DNA of 63,899 nucleotides, the filler included, from Aduncisulcus paluster (Eukaryota): NCBI GenBank assembly GCA_024181965.1. It is 13 parts of 13 records of this genome, joined end to end, with 100 filler letters (N's around TTAATTAATTAA, not from the genome) between each part and the next. Parts side by side here need not be neighbours in the genome. Positions count along the whole stretch, not along the records: positions 36,890 to 44,388 come from BQXS01012019.1; positions 44,489 to 47,844 come from BQXS01012020.1; positions 47,945 to 49,665 come from BQXS01012021.1; positions 49,766 to 52,449 come from BQXS01012022.1; 9 more parts are not named here. One strand, written 5' to 3'. The notes under the pieces are model-generated. The model saw only the letters and a list, made by a program, of their open reading frames with translations. It made no database searches and was not told the origin of the DNA. A program made the position numbers and the translations under genes. Shown here one piece after another: positions 36,890 through 50,190 of this stretch (within the stretch, counting starts at the first letter, position 1; every line of letters starts with the position of its first letter).

Positions 36890-39800
36890 GTGTCAGCAAG
36901 TGATCGTTGATGAGAACTTGCATGGTTGTGTTGCTGATATGTTTGTGGATGATGATGGAAATGCTGATTACTCACATCGAACAGAAGAAACAGAAGATGA
37001 TCCTTCCCTTTTCAGTGTTGCTTCGTTGCGGAATCTTTCAACTTCTTCGATTCTGTCCTGTCCTGGTGATGATATCTCCACCTTCAATGGGATTGAGCAT
37101 TTGATTACTCTGAGTTCAATGGATTTTACATGTTCAGAATCCACTTCAGTATCTACATCTCTTTCTCTCTCTCCATTATCAACACTCTTATCCCTTGACT
37201 CATTGGCATTGAGTAATTGTCCTCATTTCGCTGACTCCATTTCTGATCTCGATGGAATCTCATCATCTCTTTCAGAATTGGTCATAGACAACGTCACTCT
37301 CTCTGATTCTTCAATTTCCGCAATTTCTCTTTTCTCATCACTCACCAAACTCTCCTTGCATTCATGTGGTTTGAGTGAGATTCCAGACTTAGCGTGTGGC
37401 TCCAGTCTTCTATATCTTGATATTGGTGGAAACAGTTCCATCTCTTCACTCCTACCACTGTTTGATTCCTCCGTCTCTAACCTTATCCAGCTTGTTGCTG
37501 ATCACAATTCTATCCGAGATCCAACCTCATTGTACGCATTGAGTGACTCTTTATGCACTGTTGATCTTAGTTACAACAAGATCTGTGGAGTTGTGTCCCA
37601 TCTTGATTCAGATGACCTGGCAGAATATGAGACATATTGTACAATGGAAGACAGTGTATGTACATCTTTTGACGAACATTTTAATTTAGAAAGTACATGT
37701 TCGTCTGCACAGTATGATCTGACCAATCAACAATCCCCATGTGATTGTTCTTCATTTGTATCTGTTGGGTTGAACAAGGTGTGCAATATTGTGTGGTACG
37801 ATGACACTGTTGTTCTGAACGATGGTTCTCCTTCTCCCATCTATGACATCACTTGCTCAGATTATTCGTATCGGGTGAAGGATTCCTCGAATGATGATGG
37901 ATTCTCGTGCATTGAGTATGAGTCAATAAGTGATAACTCTGGGAATGAAGATATTGTTTCTGATTGTCTGTCATGCATACTGTCACCTTCGTTAGAGCAT
38001 GCAGAATGTGTCGATATTTCGACGTATGATCCTGCAGAAACCGAAGTAACCGTAAACTGTACCTGTGATGCTGGTTGGTATGGGTCCTCATGTGATTCAC
38101 AATGCCCCGTTGTAAGTGTTGATGACAGCACAGAATATGTCTGTGGTACCACTATGGATCCTTCACGTGGTGTTTGTAATGTCACAACACATCAATGTGA
38201 GTGTTATCTTGGATGGGGTGGAGACAATTGTGAAGATAATCAATGTGCCATTTCATCTGGAGATGAATCAGAGTATTGCAATGGGTTTGGAACATGTCTT
38301 CAACTCTCTGACACTGCATCATATTGTGAATGTGATATTGGACATGACGGGTCAGATTGTACTGATATTGTATGTCAGTATGATGATGTCTCAGAATCTT
38401 TCTGCTCTGGACATGGCCAATGTTTACGTGGAGTTGACTATGAATATGCTTGTTCGTGTGATGATGGATATTTCTATTCTCAGGTTGGTGAGGAATGGAC
38501 ATGTGTCTCTGAGTGTGGTTCTGATGATTATTGTGGCGAACATGGTGAGTGTGTTGGTGATCACATCTGTTGGTGCTATGATGGATATAGTGGTAGTGTA
38601 TGTGATGAGCCTACTTGTGAGGATGATGATGGTACCATTTGCTCTGGAAATGGGTCATGTGTTCGGATGTCTGGAAACGAATACATCTGTGAATGCAACT
38701 TTGGGTTCTCTGGTCTTCTTTGCTCTGATAACACTTGTGCCTTAGAAACGAATGATGATAATGATTCTGTTGAGGTTTGTTCAAACCATGGTTCATGTTC
38801 TGCGGTCTTTGATGAAGAATCTCTGACAAGTTCTTACATGTGTGAATGTGACCTTGGATGGTCTGGAACCAGTTGTGAGACTGATATCTGTGGAATGCTC
38901 AAAGAGGATGGATCAGAGCAAGATGCATCTTTGATATGTTCTGGACATGGTGAGTGTATCAGTGATTCTTCCACCAATTCGAGTACATGTGATTGTCTTG
39001 AAGGATGGATTGGAGATACATGTCAGACTGAGGACTGTGGATGTGATCTCGGTAATTTTCACATGGAGTGTGTTGATGGATCTGTGAGTGGCACTCGTGT
39101 ATGTGAGTGTAAGACCGGATGGACTGGTGATGGCTGTTCTGAAGCTGCATGTAATTGCCACTCAAAGGGGACTTGTATCGTGGATGAAGATACCAATGAG
39201 AATGTTTGTATCTGCAACGAACTGTATTCTGGTGATTTCTGTGACGAGTGTGCTGATCCTGATAATTGTGTAATCATCACTGATAGAACAACCATGGAAC
39301 ATTATAATATCCCAACCTTTGATTCTTGGCTATCACTTCAAGATTTATTCAGTGATTCCTCAAAGTCTTCATTATCTGCCCTCAGTCGACAACCTCTTAC
39401 TTCTGTTACATTCAAGAACTCTTCTTTTTCATTTGCAGACCCAAGTATCACATCACTTGCTGAATCCAACTCACCACAAATTGTGCAAACATCGGCTGTT
39501 ATTCAAATGTGTCCCGCTGTAACATCACTTGACTCCTTGGTTATTGCTGATGGAATCTTCATCCTCACTGAGGAATATGGTCTTATGTTTTGCTCAAGGA
39601 TTCAATCCTTGGATGATGATATTGTGTGCAAGAGATATGATGAAGAATATGAATCCTCAGAACAGATATGTTCCTCTCAAACTTCAAAAATGAGTTATCG
39701 AAAGATTCAAACGGTGGCATCGAGTGAGCAACAGTTGTATCCAGATATGCTCTCAACCATCTCTGGGAAACTCATATCCCTCGAACCAATGTTCGGAGTT

Positions 39801-40124
39801 CCTCCTTGTACAAGCTTCTCTGATGGTGTCCTGATTCGTGTTTATGAGGATTTCGTTGTGAGATGTGATGGTAACCTTGAAATGTGGGTGTATGCTGGTA
39901 CAATGAGTCAAGAAACCATTTCATTTGAGGATGAGTATACGTCTGGAACTTTCTCAGAGGATTCTTGGAATGAGGAGTTTGGAATGTTAGGAATTGGGTC
40001 CATTGTGAGAAAGCAACCAATAAGATCAATTATTTCAAGTAGTAATAATGATGAAAGTGCAAATTCTTTGCAAACAATCCAGCAATTCTGTCCTTTTGCT
40101 CGGGTTGCAGGTTTGATTATTTGA
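36890..40124 (+). CDS. LRR + tandem EGF-like (tenascin/teneurin-type) surface or secreted protein, 5' partial
   Basis: LxxLxLxxN/C repeats followed by about ten CSGHGxC...CxCxxGWxGxxC units. Confidence 0.88.
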
Positions 40125-40547
40125 TTATTACGGTAATAGAATATTACGATTGTTGAAATTTTATTTTTTATTTTTATTTTTTTTTTTTTTACAAAATTAT
40201 CCTTAAATTATTTTAAAAATTTGTCTGTCTACCTTATAACATAAGGCCGCCTTATGTTACATTTCTCGATTTCTTTGATATGAATATTTCGTTATCTCAA
40301 CCCCTCATTTTATTTTATTTTATTTTTTTAAGCTCGAATCGAGCCTATATTCATATCAAAACTTTATTTACAAGCTTGTAAATTACAAGTATTACAATGG
40401 TTTGCCTTAGATAGGAATCAACATGTTGACGTTGAATTAATAATTAATAATATGTAATTTTATTAATTAATTAATCAGTGATTAAATTAATCATCATACA
40501 TGATTCATACATCACTTTCCTCCTTTATTTTTCAGAAAAATTCTTTT

Positions 40548-43070
40548 CTATAATTCATCTTCGTCTTCAATTTCCAATAAAACTTTGATTTCTCTCCTTT
40601 TCTCTTTTTCATTATAAATTAACAACCTTTTCTTTAATCTGACGCCCTGTACGAGAATGCATTCAATGATAGTCAAAAGATAAATGATCAAACACTCATA
40701 AACTCTTCGAGATATATCTTTTTGAGCTTCTCGTTGTGAGAATCGATGTTTAGGCCCATAAATAGATTCAAATGAGAAAATAGATGGCAAATTAAGGATA
40801 TCATTCTTCGTTTTTAAAGAAGAACCCCCGCCCAATGTTGATTGTTTTTGAAGTTGTTTGACATGTTTTTGACGCTGATCAGAGTAAGCAGAGGAAATGC
40901 CGGAAACAAGTCCATCAATTAAATATAGTAATCTCCCTTTCTTAGCTTTAGCGACAGATGTCTGATATATATCCTCGATTTGTCTATAAATATCATTTTC
41001 TCGAACTTTCTCACGGCGTAATAAATATAGCATCACCATATAATGTCTCTGATTCTCAGTTAAAGAAGCAATGAAGGAATCTTTTGGAATTGACATGGGA
41101 GGACCAAGATATTTTGAAGAGGAGGAAGAGGAGGAAGAGGAGGAAGAGGAGGAAGAGGAGGAAGAGGAGGAAGAGGAGGAACCTCTCCGCATATGCAGAC
41201 CAGATTGGCTATTTCTTTGACCAATAAGTGGAGTAACGGGCGCTGAAACACTTGATAACTCTACTCTATTGCTACCACCCAGAGGATTAGTTAAAGGTTT
41301 TGATTTCTTTTTTAGACTACTACCATCTTCAAGACTTCCTTCTTCTCCCTCATCGGTTGTTAAAGCATCTTCCATAATACTCTCGTCATCAAAGGTTGTG
41401 GCGTCACGACCGGCTGAACCGGCTGAACCGGTAGAACCAGCAAGACTACCGTCACGAGAACCACCTGTTGGGCGGGGTTGGGTATGAGAAGCAATAGATG
41501 GCTTAGAAAGGGAGATATTATCCACCAATTCCCATCCTTTCACTTCGACTGATCTTCGATGCTGCCTGTCCCTTGCTTGAGCTTCACTTTCCATTGTTGA
41601 TGATTTGGAATACGCGCACTTACTCACTGCACTGAGCGCACTGCTATAAATAGCATCGACAATCGGTTCAACCTCGTCATATTCATATAAAGGAGGGATA
41701 TATGAAGGATCTGACGGTGACATCTTTGAATATTGCTTTATAGATTCCGGAATAAGACTAATTGGGGAAGGAATAGCTGCGGAAATGCTTGAATAAGATT
41801 CAGAAGAAGAGAAAGAAGATGAAGAAGATGAAGAGGAAGAGGAAGAAGAGGAAGAGGAAGAAGAAGAGAAAGATACTGCATGGTGATGAAGCATTCCTTC
41901 TTCTCTAAATTGTAATAGTTTCGTCCTATATCCATCTTTAACTCGTTTCAAGGAATCTTCATTCTTTTTCAATTGCTGAACAAGTTGAACAATTTCATCT
42001 TGTTTTTGTTTGTTCTGAGTCTTCATAAAAGCTAAAGATTCACTCTGGGTTGAATAATTTTGTGACAATTTTAAGTGTTTCTCATCCAATGCACTATATT
42101 TAGACTTGAATTCACTCAATTCGGATTGAATCGTTGAAATTTGTGACTGTGAAGAGACAATCTTAGCCTTTAGTTCTCTGATCTCGAGTTGTAAGTTTGA
42201 AATGGTATTCGATTTTAATTGAATTTCTCTTTCGAATCCACAACCTTGTTTTTCCCTTTGCTTCGAAATATCCATCAATATTCTGCATTGAGTTTTCAAA
42301 GTTTTACATTGTTCCTCAAATCTGAGCGATTGTTCTCTATAAATAGCGCACTCTGATTCTAATTCAGTAATCTTCTCATTTGAAATGTCATCGCTTGCAA
42401 GGTCGTGTTTCAATGAAAGAATAACAGACTCAAATTCTTCTTGTTTTACATTCAAAGCCTCAATGGTTTTTCGAGATTCTTCAAGACTTGCAACCAACTT
42501 TTGTTTTTCAGATTCTAAAGTCGAAACAACTGAAATATGAGATTCAACCAACTTTTCTTTCTCAGAACTAAAAATAGAATGTTCAAGCTTCAAGTTTTCA
42601 ACAACTTTTGCCCATTTTAAATTGTTTTCATTCAATTCTTGTTTAAATTCGGCCTTTAATCTTTCAATCTCCTTATCTTTCTCAGAATGAGCTATTTTTA
42701 GAATATCTTCTTGGTTTGCGATTTCTTTCTGGTGTATCTTAGCAATTTCCCGTCTCTCTTCTTTAAAAACTGATAATTGATTCGTCAATTTTGTGAGATT
42801 TTCATTTAAACTTGATTTTTCAGCAGTTATAGTTTCAATCTGAGAGCTAAGTTTTTTAATTTCTAATTCAAATTTGCTTTTCGTTTCCTTAATTTGTCGT
42901 TTCAAACTTTTTGCTTCCTCTTCTTTTTGCTGCAAATTCCTGGTTGTTTTCAATAAATCGTTGAAATCTGTTTGTGCTGAAGAAAATTCAGGATGCGCTT
43001 TGAACAAGGAATCCAATAAAAATGTTAATTTGATTGACGTTGGCAAAGCAAGAAGAAAAGAGGAGGAAGA

Positions 43071-43114
<44 letters not shown>

Positions 43115-44388
43115 TAATATCTGTTTGTTGTTCTCCCTTCTTCTTCTTTCTTCTCTTCTTGAGATAGCTTAGGCCCAGGATCTCCATGAGAAAGAGATAG
43201 CTGTTTCCGTAACTCTTCCTTAACAGCTTCAAGGTTTTTCTTTAACATATTGTTGTCGCCTTCTAATTTCATAATCATTTTTCTACTCTGTGTTTGAGCT
43301 AGAGCTTTGGAAGCAATTGCCATCTCATGGGCCTCAACAGCTTCCTCAAGCGCTGATCTAAGTTTATCTATTTCAAATAAACCCTTCTTGTTGACCAATC
43401 GATCCTTTTGCTTTTGAATTTTCTCTTTTTCTTTCTTGTATTTTAATTGTATTTTGCGTTCAGATTCAAGAGATTCTTTGTATTCCTGTTCTTTTTTAGC
43501 CAAAGTATTTTGTAATTGTTTAATCTTTTTGTTTAGGACTTCTTGAGCCTGAGCTTGAGGTCCTGTAGGGAAACCGAAGCCTTGAGGAGGAAGAGGAAGA
43601 GGAGGAGGAAGATGAACATGGCCTTGATGTATTTGACCTTGATGTGGTTGTATTTGTTGAGTTTTGTGAGATGGATAGCCACCTGATGTGGAAGAATTGG
43701 TCGTATGAGGTGATGTGATGATGGAGGTAACCTTGGAGGCAGCAGGACCAGTTCCACTTTGTTGTGGTGTTTGTTGAGGCATTGGGGCAGACATCGTTCC
43801 AGTTAAAGAACGTGAAGATGTCTGTCTTGATGGCTGTCTTGATGATTGTGCAGATGGCTGTCTCGATGATTGCGAAGAATGAGGGATACTATTTGAGCCA
43901 TAAGAATCATATCCTTGGACGTATAATGGAGGGGCATAACTTGCTGAGAAAGGTCGTTGTTGTGCCGAAGAAGAGGAAGAGGAAGAGGAAGAGGAAGAGG
44001 AAGAGGAAGAGGAAGAGGAAGAGGAAGAGGAAGAGGAGGTGTGAGGGGTCATTCTATCTGCGTGGCTAAGCAAAGGATTTATATAATGGATTGAGGTCGA
44101 AGAAGTTACTTTTGGGGACGGTTGAGATTGGGAAACGGTGGAAGAAGAAGGAACTTGAGACGAAGGAGCAGCCAATGGATTTGAATTTACAAATGATGAA
44201 GATCGGGGAAAAGTAGAACCAGATCCACTTGAATAAGAAGAGGAAGAAGAGATTTTTTTAGGATATTGAATTTGTCCGGTTTTTGAATGCAGAGATCCTG
44301 GGTTGGAAGAAGGAGAAGATGGAGAAATGGGTCCATACGAAGAAGAAGACCTATGAATCGATTGTTGTTGATGTAAAGATACTTGTGG
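40548..44388 (-). CDS. Long coiled-coil protein with poly-Ser tracts, 5' partial; single-base frameshift near 43135
   Basis: ORFs 42988..44175 and 40548..43232 join as EEKKEEE-GEQQTDITSSS if one G of GGG (43135-43137) is removed. Confidence 0.7.
43967..44038. repeat. (GAGGAA)n microsatellite encoding poly-Ser on the minus strand; related tracts near 41116-41181, 41815-41870 and 43058-43113
   Basis: Directly visible; lies in frame within the coiled-coil gene. Confidence 0.9.
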
Positions 44389-44936
44389 NNNNNNNNNNNN
44401 NNNNNNNNNNNNNNNNNNNNNNNNNNNNNNNNTTAATTAATTAANNNNNNNNNNNNNNNNNNNNNNNNNNNNNNNNNNNNNNNNNNNNGTCTGGGTCTGG
44501 GTCTAGCTCTAGTTCTGGTGGTTCTTTTGGTAACTGGAGAAAGAATAAGTGAAATTTATTTATGTGAATGTTTTCATCCCTTCTCTCCGTTTTGTGTGGG
44601 TTAGGAATAATTGGTCTGCACAGTTCTTATGAGTTATGCCCAATTGATTGATGTTGTCGGGTGATAGTCGAATAATAAATCTGTTATTTACTACAATATT
44701 CATTTGTTTTTTTTTATCGTAAATTATCTAAGCGTTAAACCCGTGGAATTATTTTTTTTATGGAAAATATATTCGTGTCAAGCCATGTTCATGGAAGGGG
44801 TGCAGCATTTTCGAATGCCGCTCTGTAGTTATTGGTTGCTCACGATATACCTCAAATTGAAATCTTGATTTGTTGGGGTTTTGTCGATACCACCGAAACT
44901 CAAACGAACATATTTATTTACATTTAATCTGAAGAT

Positions 44937-47844
44937 ATGCCTAGTGAATCAAATCCATCATCTAGCGAATCTTCAAAAAGAAGATCCTCGAAACCGGCCT
45001 CCAGCGATAATCCGTTCGAATTAACTTGCCAGAAACTGGACAAAAGAATTAAAAAATCATATAAAGAACTTAAAACTCGTTTTCAAGGAAAACTTTTCGA
45101 TGAAGACTCTTGTCTGATGGATAGCAGTGCTATACAGAAATACTTAAAATCAATAGTAGAACAAACACCATCAATGGAACTTTTGAGCTCAGTTCTCTTC
45201 CAAATAGATGCTAAAATAGATTCAATGGATGAATGTCCTGTAGAAAAGAAAAAGATGGCGAAACTGCATCGTTCCATTGTAGATACAATTCATGTTTTCA
45301 ATTGTTTCTCTGCTTTTATATATGATATTAATATTATGTATAAAAATCATTCAAAAATCCTTCTAGAACGTTATCCCCGGTTTATTCAGAAGTTTGAAAA
45401 AATGAAGAGGAAAAATGAATTTTCTAGCCTTATCACATATATTAATGAATCTTTAGATGTATTAATCCATGCTCCTCGGATGTCATACTATGGTTTTCCT
45501 CTTACTCCTGAACTCAAGAATAGTTTGTTACTCAGACCGAGTAATCACCTTTCAATCAGGAGATCAGAACCTCATGACGTCCTAAATATGAAGTATAATG
45601 AGGTTGAGGAGATCTGGGATAGTTTTGATGGACGTCTTTTTGGACGATATTACGACGAAGGAGAGGATGAAATTGAGGCGCTTCGGAAACTCGTGCGTGA
45701 CACCTTTGATTGGCCTATTACGTCCACGATCTCCATGCCATTGTTTTCTATTCGTGCGCATGAAACCAATCGTGTGTTTGTAATCTTCCGTAAACTCACG
45801 AATATTGTTGATTCCAAAAGGATCCCCCTCGAGGATTTGTTGCCAGCAAAGAGGGTGTATCCAAAGATTGAGCGTACTGCGAAACAGTTTAAGTCACGTC
45901 GTCGATCGACAGCAAGTTCACCCGCGGCACCTGCTGTCAACCTTGGATATGCTTGCTCCACTCCCGATATGAGTTCTATCGCATGCAGTGTTGCATTCAA
46001 ACGGTTCTACAGCAAGCTTAAGAAGTGTTCCATGAAAATGATGATTGGATTTGACCGGGATGCTGTGGATGAATGTTCTCGGATGGATTCTTCGAAGTCC
46101 TCACAATACCCCCATATTATTCCCCCGTATACGCTGTGCATTGATAAGTTGAGTGGATGCAATGTGATAGACGATGCATGGAGCGACTTGAATGAATTCT
46201 TGTATAAGAATCGGACACTGCTCTCCCTGGACATGTGCACTGGACAAGTCGAGAACATCTGTGGGAAAGAAAGGAAGAACATCCAAATGACACGTGTTGA
46301 AGCCATCGTGAAATATGTAGTCGACGAAGAGGCATCGAAGGAAAAGGAACGTGAGGAGAGGTTTCAAGAACTCAAGGAGAAGTATGAAAAGATGATGTGT
46401 TGCATTCAAACGGTTCTACAGCAAGCTTAAGAAGTGTTCCATGAAAATGATGATTGGATTTGACCGGGATGCTGTGGATGAATGTTCTCGGATGGATTCT
46501 TCGAAGTCCTCACAATACCCCCATATTATTCCCCCGTATACGCTGTGCATTGATAAGTTGAGTGGATGCAATGTGATAGACGATGCATGGAGCGACTTGA
46601 ATGAATTCTTGTATAAGAATCGGACACTGCTCTCCCTGGACATGTGCACTGGACAAGTCGAGAACATCTGTGGGAAAGAAAGGAAGAACATCCAAATGAC
46701 ACGTGTTGAAGCCATCGTGAAATATGTAGTCGACGAAGAGGCATCGAAGGAAAAGGAACGTGAGGAGAGGTTTCAAGAACTCAAGGAGAAGTATGAAAAG
46801 ATGATTCGCGATTTGACCGGGATGCTGTGGATGAATGTTCTCGGATGGATTCTTCGAAGTCCTCACAATACCCCCATATTATTCCCCCGTATACGCTGTG
46901 CATTGATAAGTTGAGTGGATGCAATGTGATAGACGATGCATGGAGCGACTTGAATGAATTCTTGTATAAGAATCGGACACTGCTCTCCCTGGACATGTGC
47001 ACTGGACAAGTCGAGAACATCTGTGGGAAAGAAAGGAAGAACATCCAAATGACACGTGTTGAAGCCATCGTGAAATATGTAGTCGACGAAGAGGCATCGA
47101 AGGAAAAGGAACGTGAGGAGAGGTTTCAAGAACTCAAGGAGAAGTATGAAAAGATGATTCGCGATGCAAAACATCAGTCAAAAGAAATTCGAAGGAGATT
47201 AGAATCAAAAAGGAAAGAAATTACTGAGATGGAGCAACACCAACTTAGTCTCGAAGAAGATTGTGCAGAGAAAGAAGGAGAAATTTGCACCCTTTCCAAA
47301 AAGATAAACGAATTGGAGATTGGCATTATAATCAAAAGTAGTCGTCTAAAAAAGGTAATGACCACCCTTGATAGTGTATGCCAAAGACTTACGGATACTA
47401 CGATGACATATAGTGAACAATTGATTCATATTGAACAACAGGATAATGAACTTCGCCAGACTGAATCGAAAGTGAAAAAACAAAACGACAAACTTACAAA
47501 ACAATTGGATGAAATTGGGTTGAAGCGTCAGAAGGCAATTGAGAAAAGGGATAAAATTGAAATCCGGCGTCAAAAACTTGAAAAGGAATACGAGGAGGGT
47601 ATGAAGAGACTTGACGATGAGAAGAAAGCCATTGAAACTCGAGAATTTGAACGAACAAAAAAACAGAAAGATCTTGACAAAAAGAAGAAAAAGCAAGAAG
47701 AAGAATTGAAGAAAAAACAAAAAGAACATGATAGCCTGAAGAAGAAACGAGAGGGAGAAATAGCCGTATTGAAAAAACATGTTGCTGCCATTAGATCTAA
47801 ACAAGAACTCCCTGGATTTTGCAAAACATCAGTCAAAAGAAATT
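44937..47844 (+). CDS. Hypothetical protein with C-terminal coiled coil, 3' truncated; internal triplication
   Basis: Removing the 409-bp and 353-bp extra copies joins 44937.. with 46827.. in frame. Confidence 0.7.
45988..47165 (+). repeat. Exact tandem triplication (copies start at 45988, 46397, 46810)
   Basis: Direct identity; offsets 409 and 353 bp. Confidence 0.9.
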
Positions 47845-49097
47845 NNNNNNNNNNNNNNNNNNNNNNNNNNNNNNNNNNNNNNNNNNNNTTAATTAATTAA
47901 NNNNNNNNNNNNNNNNNNNNNNNNNNNNNNNNNNNNNNNNNNNNGTAAGAGCAACGTTAAGGATAAAAAACGAGATACAAAGAAAGGAACAGATTAGAAT
48001 TAAAATATAATTAAGAGAAAATTAAAGTGTTTGAAAGATCAAACAAAGATAACGAGAGTAGTGGGGAGGTAGAGGTGTTGAGCACCCAGAAGTGTGATTT
48101 AAGCAGAGTATAAACGATAAAAGAGATAAAAGAAAGGGGGAGTAATAGTAGAAAGAGGATGAATAAGTCAAAGAAGTGGGGTAAAAATATGAAGCAGAGA
48201 GGATGTGTATCAGTATAGAGGAAGGGGGGCGTGGAAGACAAAGTAGTATGATTTAAGCAAAGTATGAAAGAGTATTGTTTAACATTATTATAATAATAAT
48301 TCCCTTTTGGGCGGAGAAGTAGTCTTTACGGGATGAAATGTTCACTTGATGAGATGTTAGAAGTTTAGTCGAGGGATCTGATGGGATGTTGGAGAGTAAT
48401 GGGTGAGGTAATAAGAGAGATAGTTATAGGGTGACATAGGATACAAACATACGGCCTTCAGATAATTACTATACTATGAGCAGAAGCTCGATCTTGTGTT
48501 TGACATGAAAATTGTCATGGATGATCTCAGGCTCTCCTCTTCGGGTCTCAACTTCTATACATCCTGTTGTGTAGATACATGGAGTTAATATATGTTTTGA
48601 CCATGAACCCTCAAAGTTTTGGTTGTGGCTTTCACCTCAGAAAAAGTGCATTTTTTGTCTTTCTCGTTTGGTGAAAAGCTCTCGGGATAGATGAGCTTAA
48701 TATACAATATCTGTCTATAATCTAAAGAATGTCTCGTACCTATGTGTTTTGCCCATCAGAGTTCGCTCAAGACCAGTTTGAAACAATTAGGTTTCTGGGG
48801 GTCGCGCTATAATCTTGCACCCCCGGATACCATATATATGAGAGGGGGGGTATTGGTAAGCCCTCCCTCAAGGATGATGTATCTCCATGGTTTCTTAGGC
48901 TAGAGAGCCCAGAATTTCGGAGGATATTCTGTATGGGGTGGAGGGTTATTTTTGTCACCAATATCGGTGTGAGAGGGAGGGGATCGGTGTCAAAAATTTC
49001 TGGGCTTGGGGTGATGTGGGTGGCCTACCATGCACAGAGAAGCCAATAAACTATCCAGAGATACATATTTGGGGCAACAACGGTCTTTGAAAGCATC

Positions 49098-49665
49098 AAA
49101 TTGGGGTGACAGTATCATATCATATGATGTTATGACATATATGGAGTCAGGAAGAGGGAGTAAAAGAGGGTCAAGAGGCACAAAGTCATGCATAATGGTG
49201 ATGATAACATCGATATGGAGGGTGAATGGATTAATCAATGATAAAAATTGGGGTGACAGTATCATATCATATGATGTTATGACATACCATGGAGTCAGGA
49301 AGAGAGAGTAAAAGAGGGTCAAGAGGCACAAAGTCATGCATAATGGTGATGATAACATCGATATGGAGGGTGAATGGATTAATCAATGATAAAAATTGGG
49401 GTGACAGTATCATATCATATGATGTTATGACATACCATGGAGTCAGGAAGAGAGAGTAAAAGAGGGTCAAGAGGCACAAAGTCATGCATAATGGTGATGA
49501 TAACATCGATATGGAGGGTGAATGGATTAATCAATGATAAAAATTGGGGTGACAGTATCATATCATATGATGTTATGACATACCATGGAGTCAGGAAGAG
49601 AGAGTAAAAGAGGGTCAAGAGGCACAAAGTCATGCATAATGGTGATGATAACATCGATATGGAGG
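49098..49665. repeat. Tandem satellite, 148-bp unit, ~3.8 copies, runs off the contig end
   Basis: Units start at 49098, 49245, 49393, 49541 (AAATTGGGGTGACAGTATC). The first unit is 147 bp and slightly diverged. Confidence 0.95.
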
Positions 49666-49765
49666 NNNNNNNNNNNNNNNNNNNNNNNNNNNNNNNNNNN
49701 NNNNNNNNNTTAATTAATTAANNNNNNNNNNNNNNNNNNNNNNNNNNNNNNNNNNNNNNNNNNNN

Positions 49766-49920
49766 GATGAAGCCTTTCTTACATTAAGTGTTGGTGAAAG
49801 AGCCACGATTGTAATCAAATCGATCCTGATTATGGTTATGGTGCCCGTGGAGCTGGCGATTCTATTCCACCTGATTCCACTCTCATATTTGATGTTGAAT
49901 TATTAGGAATCAAGAAATAA
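49766..49920 (+). pseudogene. FKBP-type peptidyl-prolyl isomerase C-terminal fragment with 5-nt frameshifting insertion
   Basis: [17 protein letters not shown] / [32 protein letters not shown]; extra AAATC at 49817-49821. Confidence 0.85.
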
Positions 49921-50190
49921 CGTCTGAAAAGAACAAACGAATTGATTTTATTGGTTTTTAGATTCATTTTCTCTTGCTCAGAAATCAAAGTTCTCAAACC
50001 CCGTTTGAGAATCTCTTTCCGGGACAATACATTGAATGCATTGCATTCGACTTCCGTTTCCCAACTCATAGGCCCTACGACATAGGGATTTTGTCCAACA
50101 ATCTAGAATAAAGACCCCGGAAATAAAAACAGGTACTTATTTATATATATATTCTTCACCCAATATTAGCATTTCTTACCATTTCTTGAA

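Noticed and set aside
43120..43145. Programmed ribosomal frameshift in the coiled-coil gene
   Set aside because: No X XXY YYZ slippery site with downstream structure; a 1-nt error beside a GAA microsatellite is more parsimonious.
43764..44069. Arg/Lys-repeat ORF and other antisense or shifted ORFs (e.g. 11913-12909, 38116-38745, 31880-32527)
   Set aside because: Shadows of low-complexity or codon-biased real genes in another frame or strand.
49098..49665. CRISPR array
   Set aside because: Units are head-to-tail identical with no unique spacers, there are no cas genes, and the context is eukaryotic.
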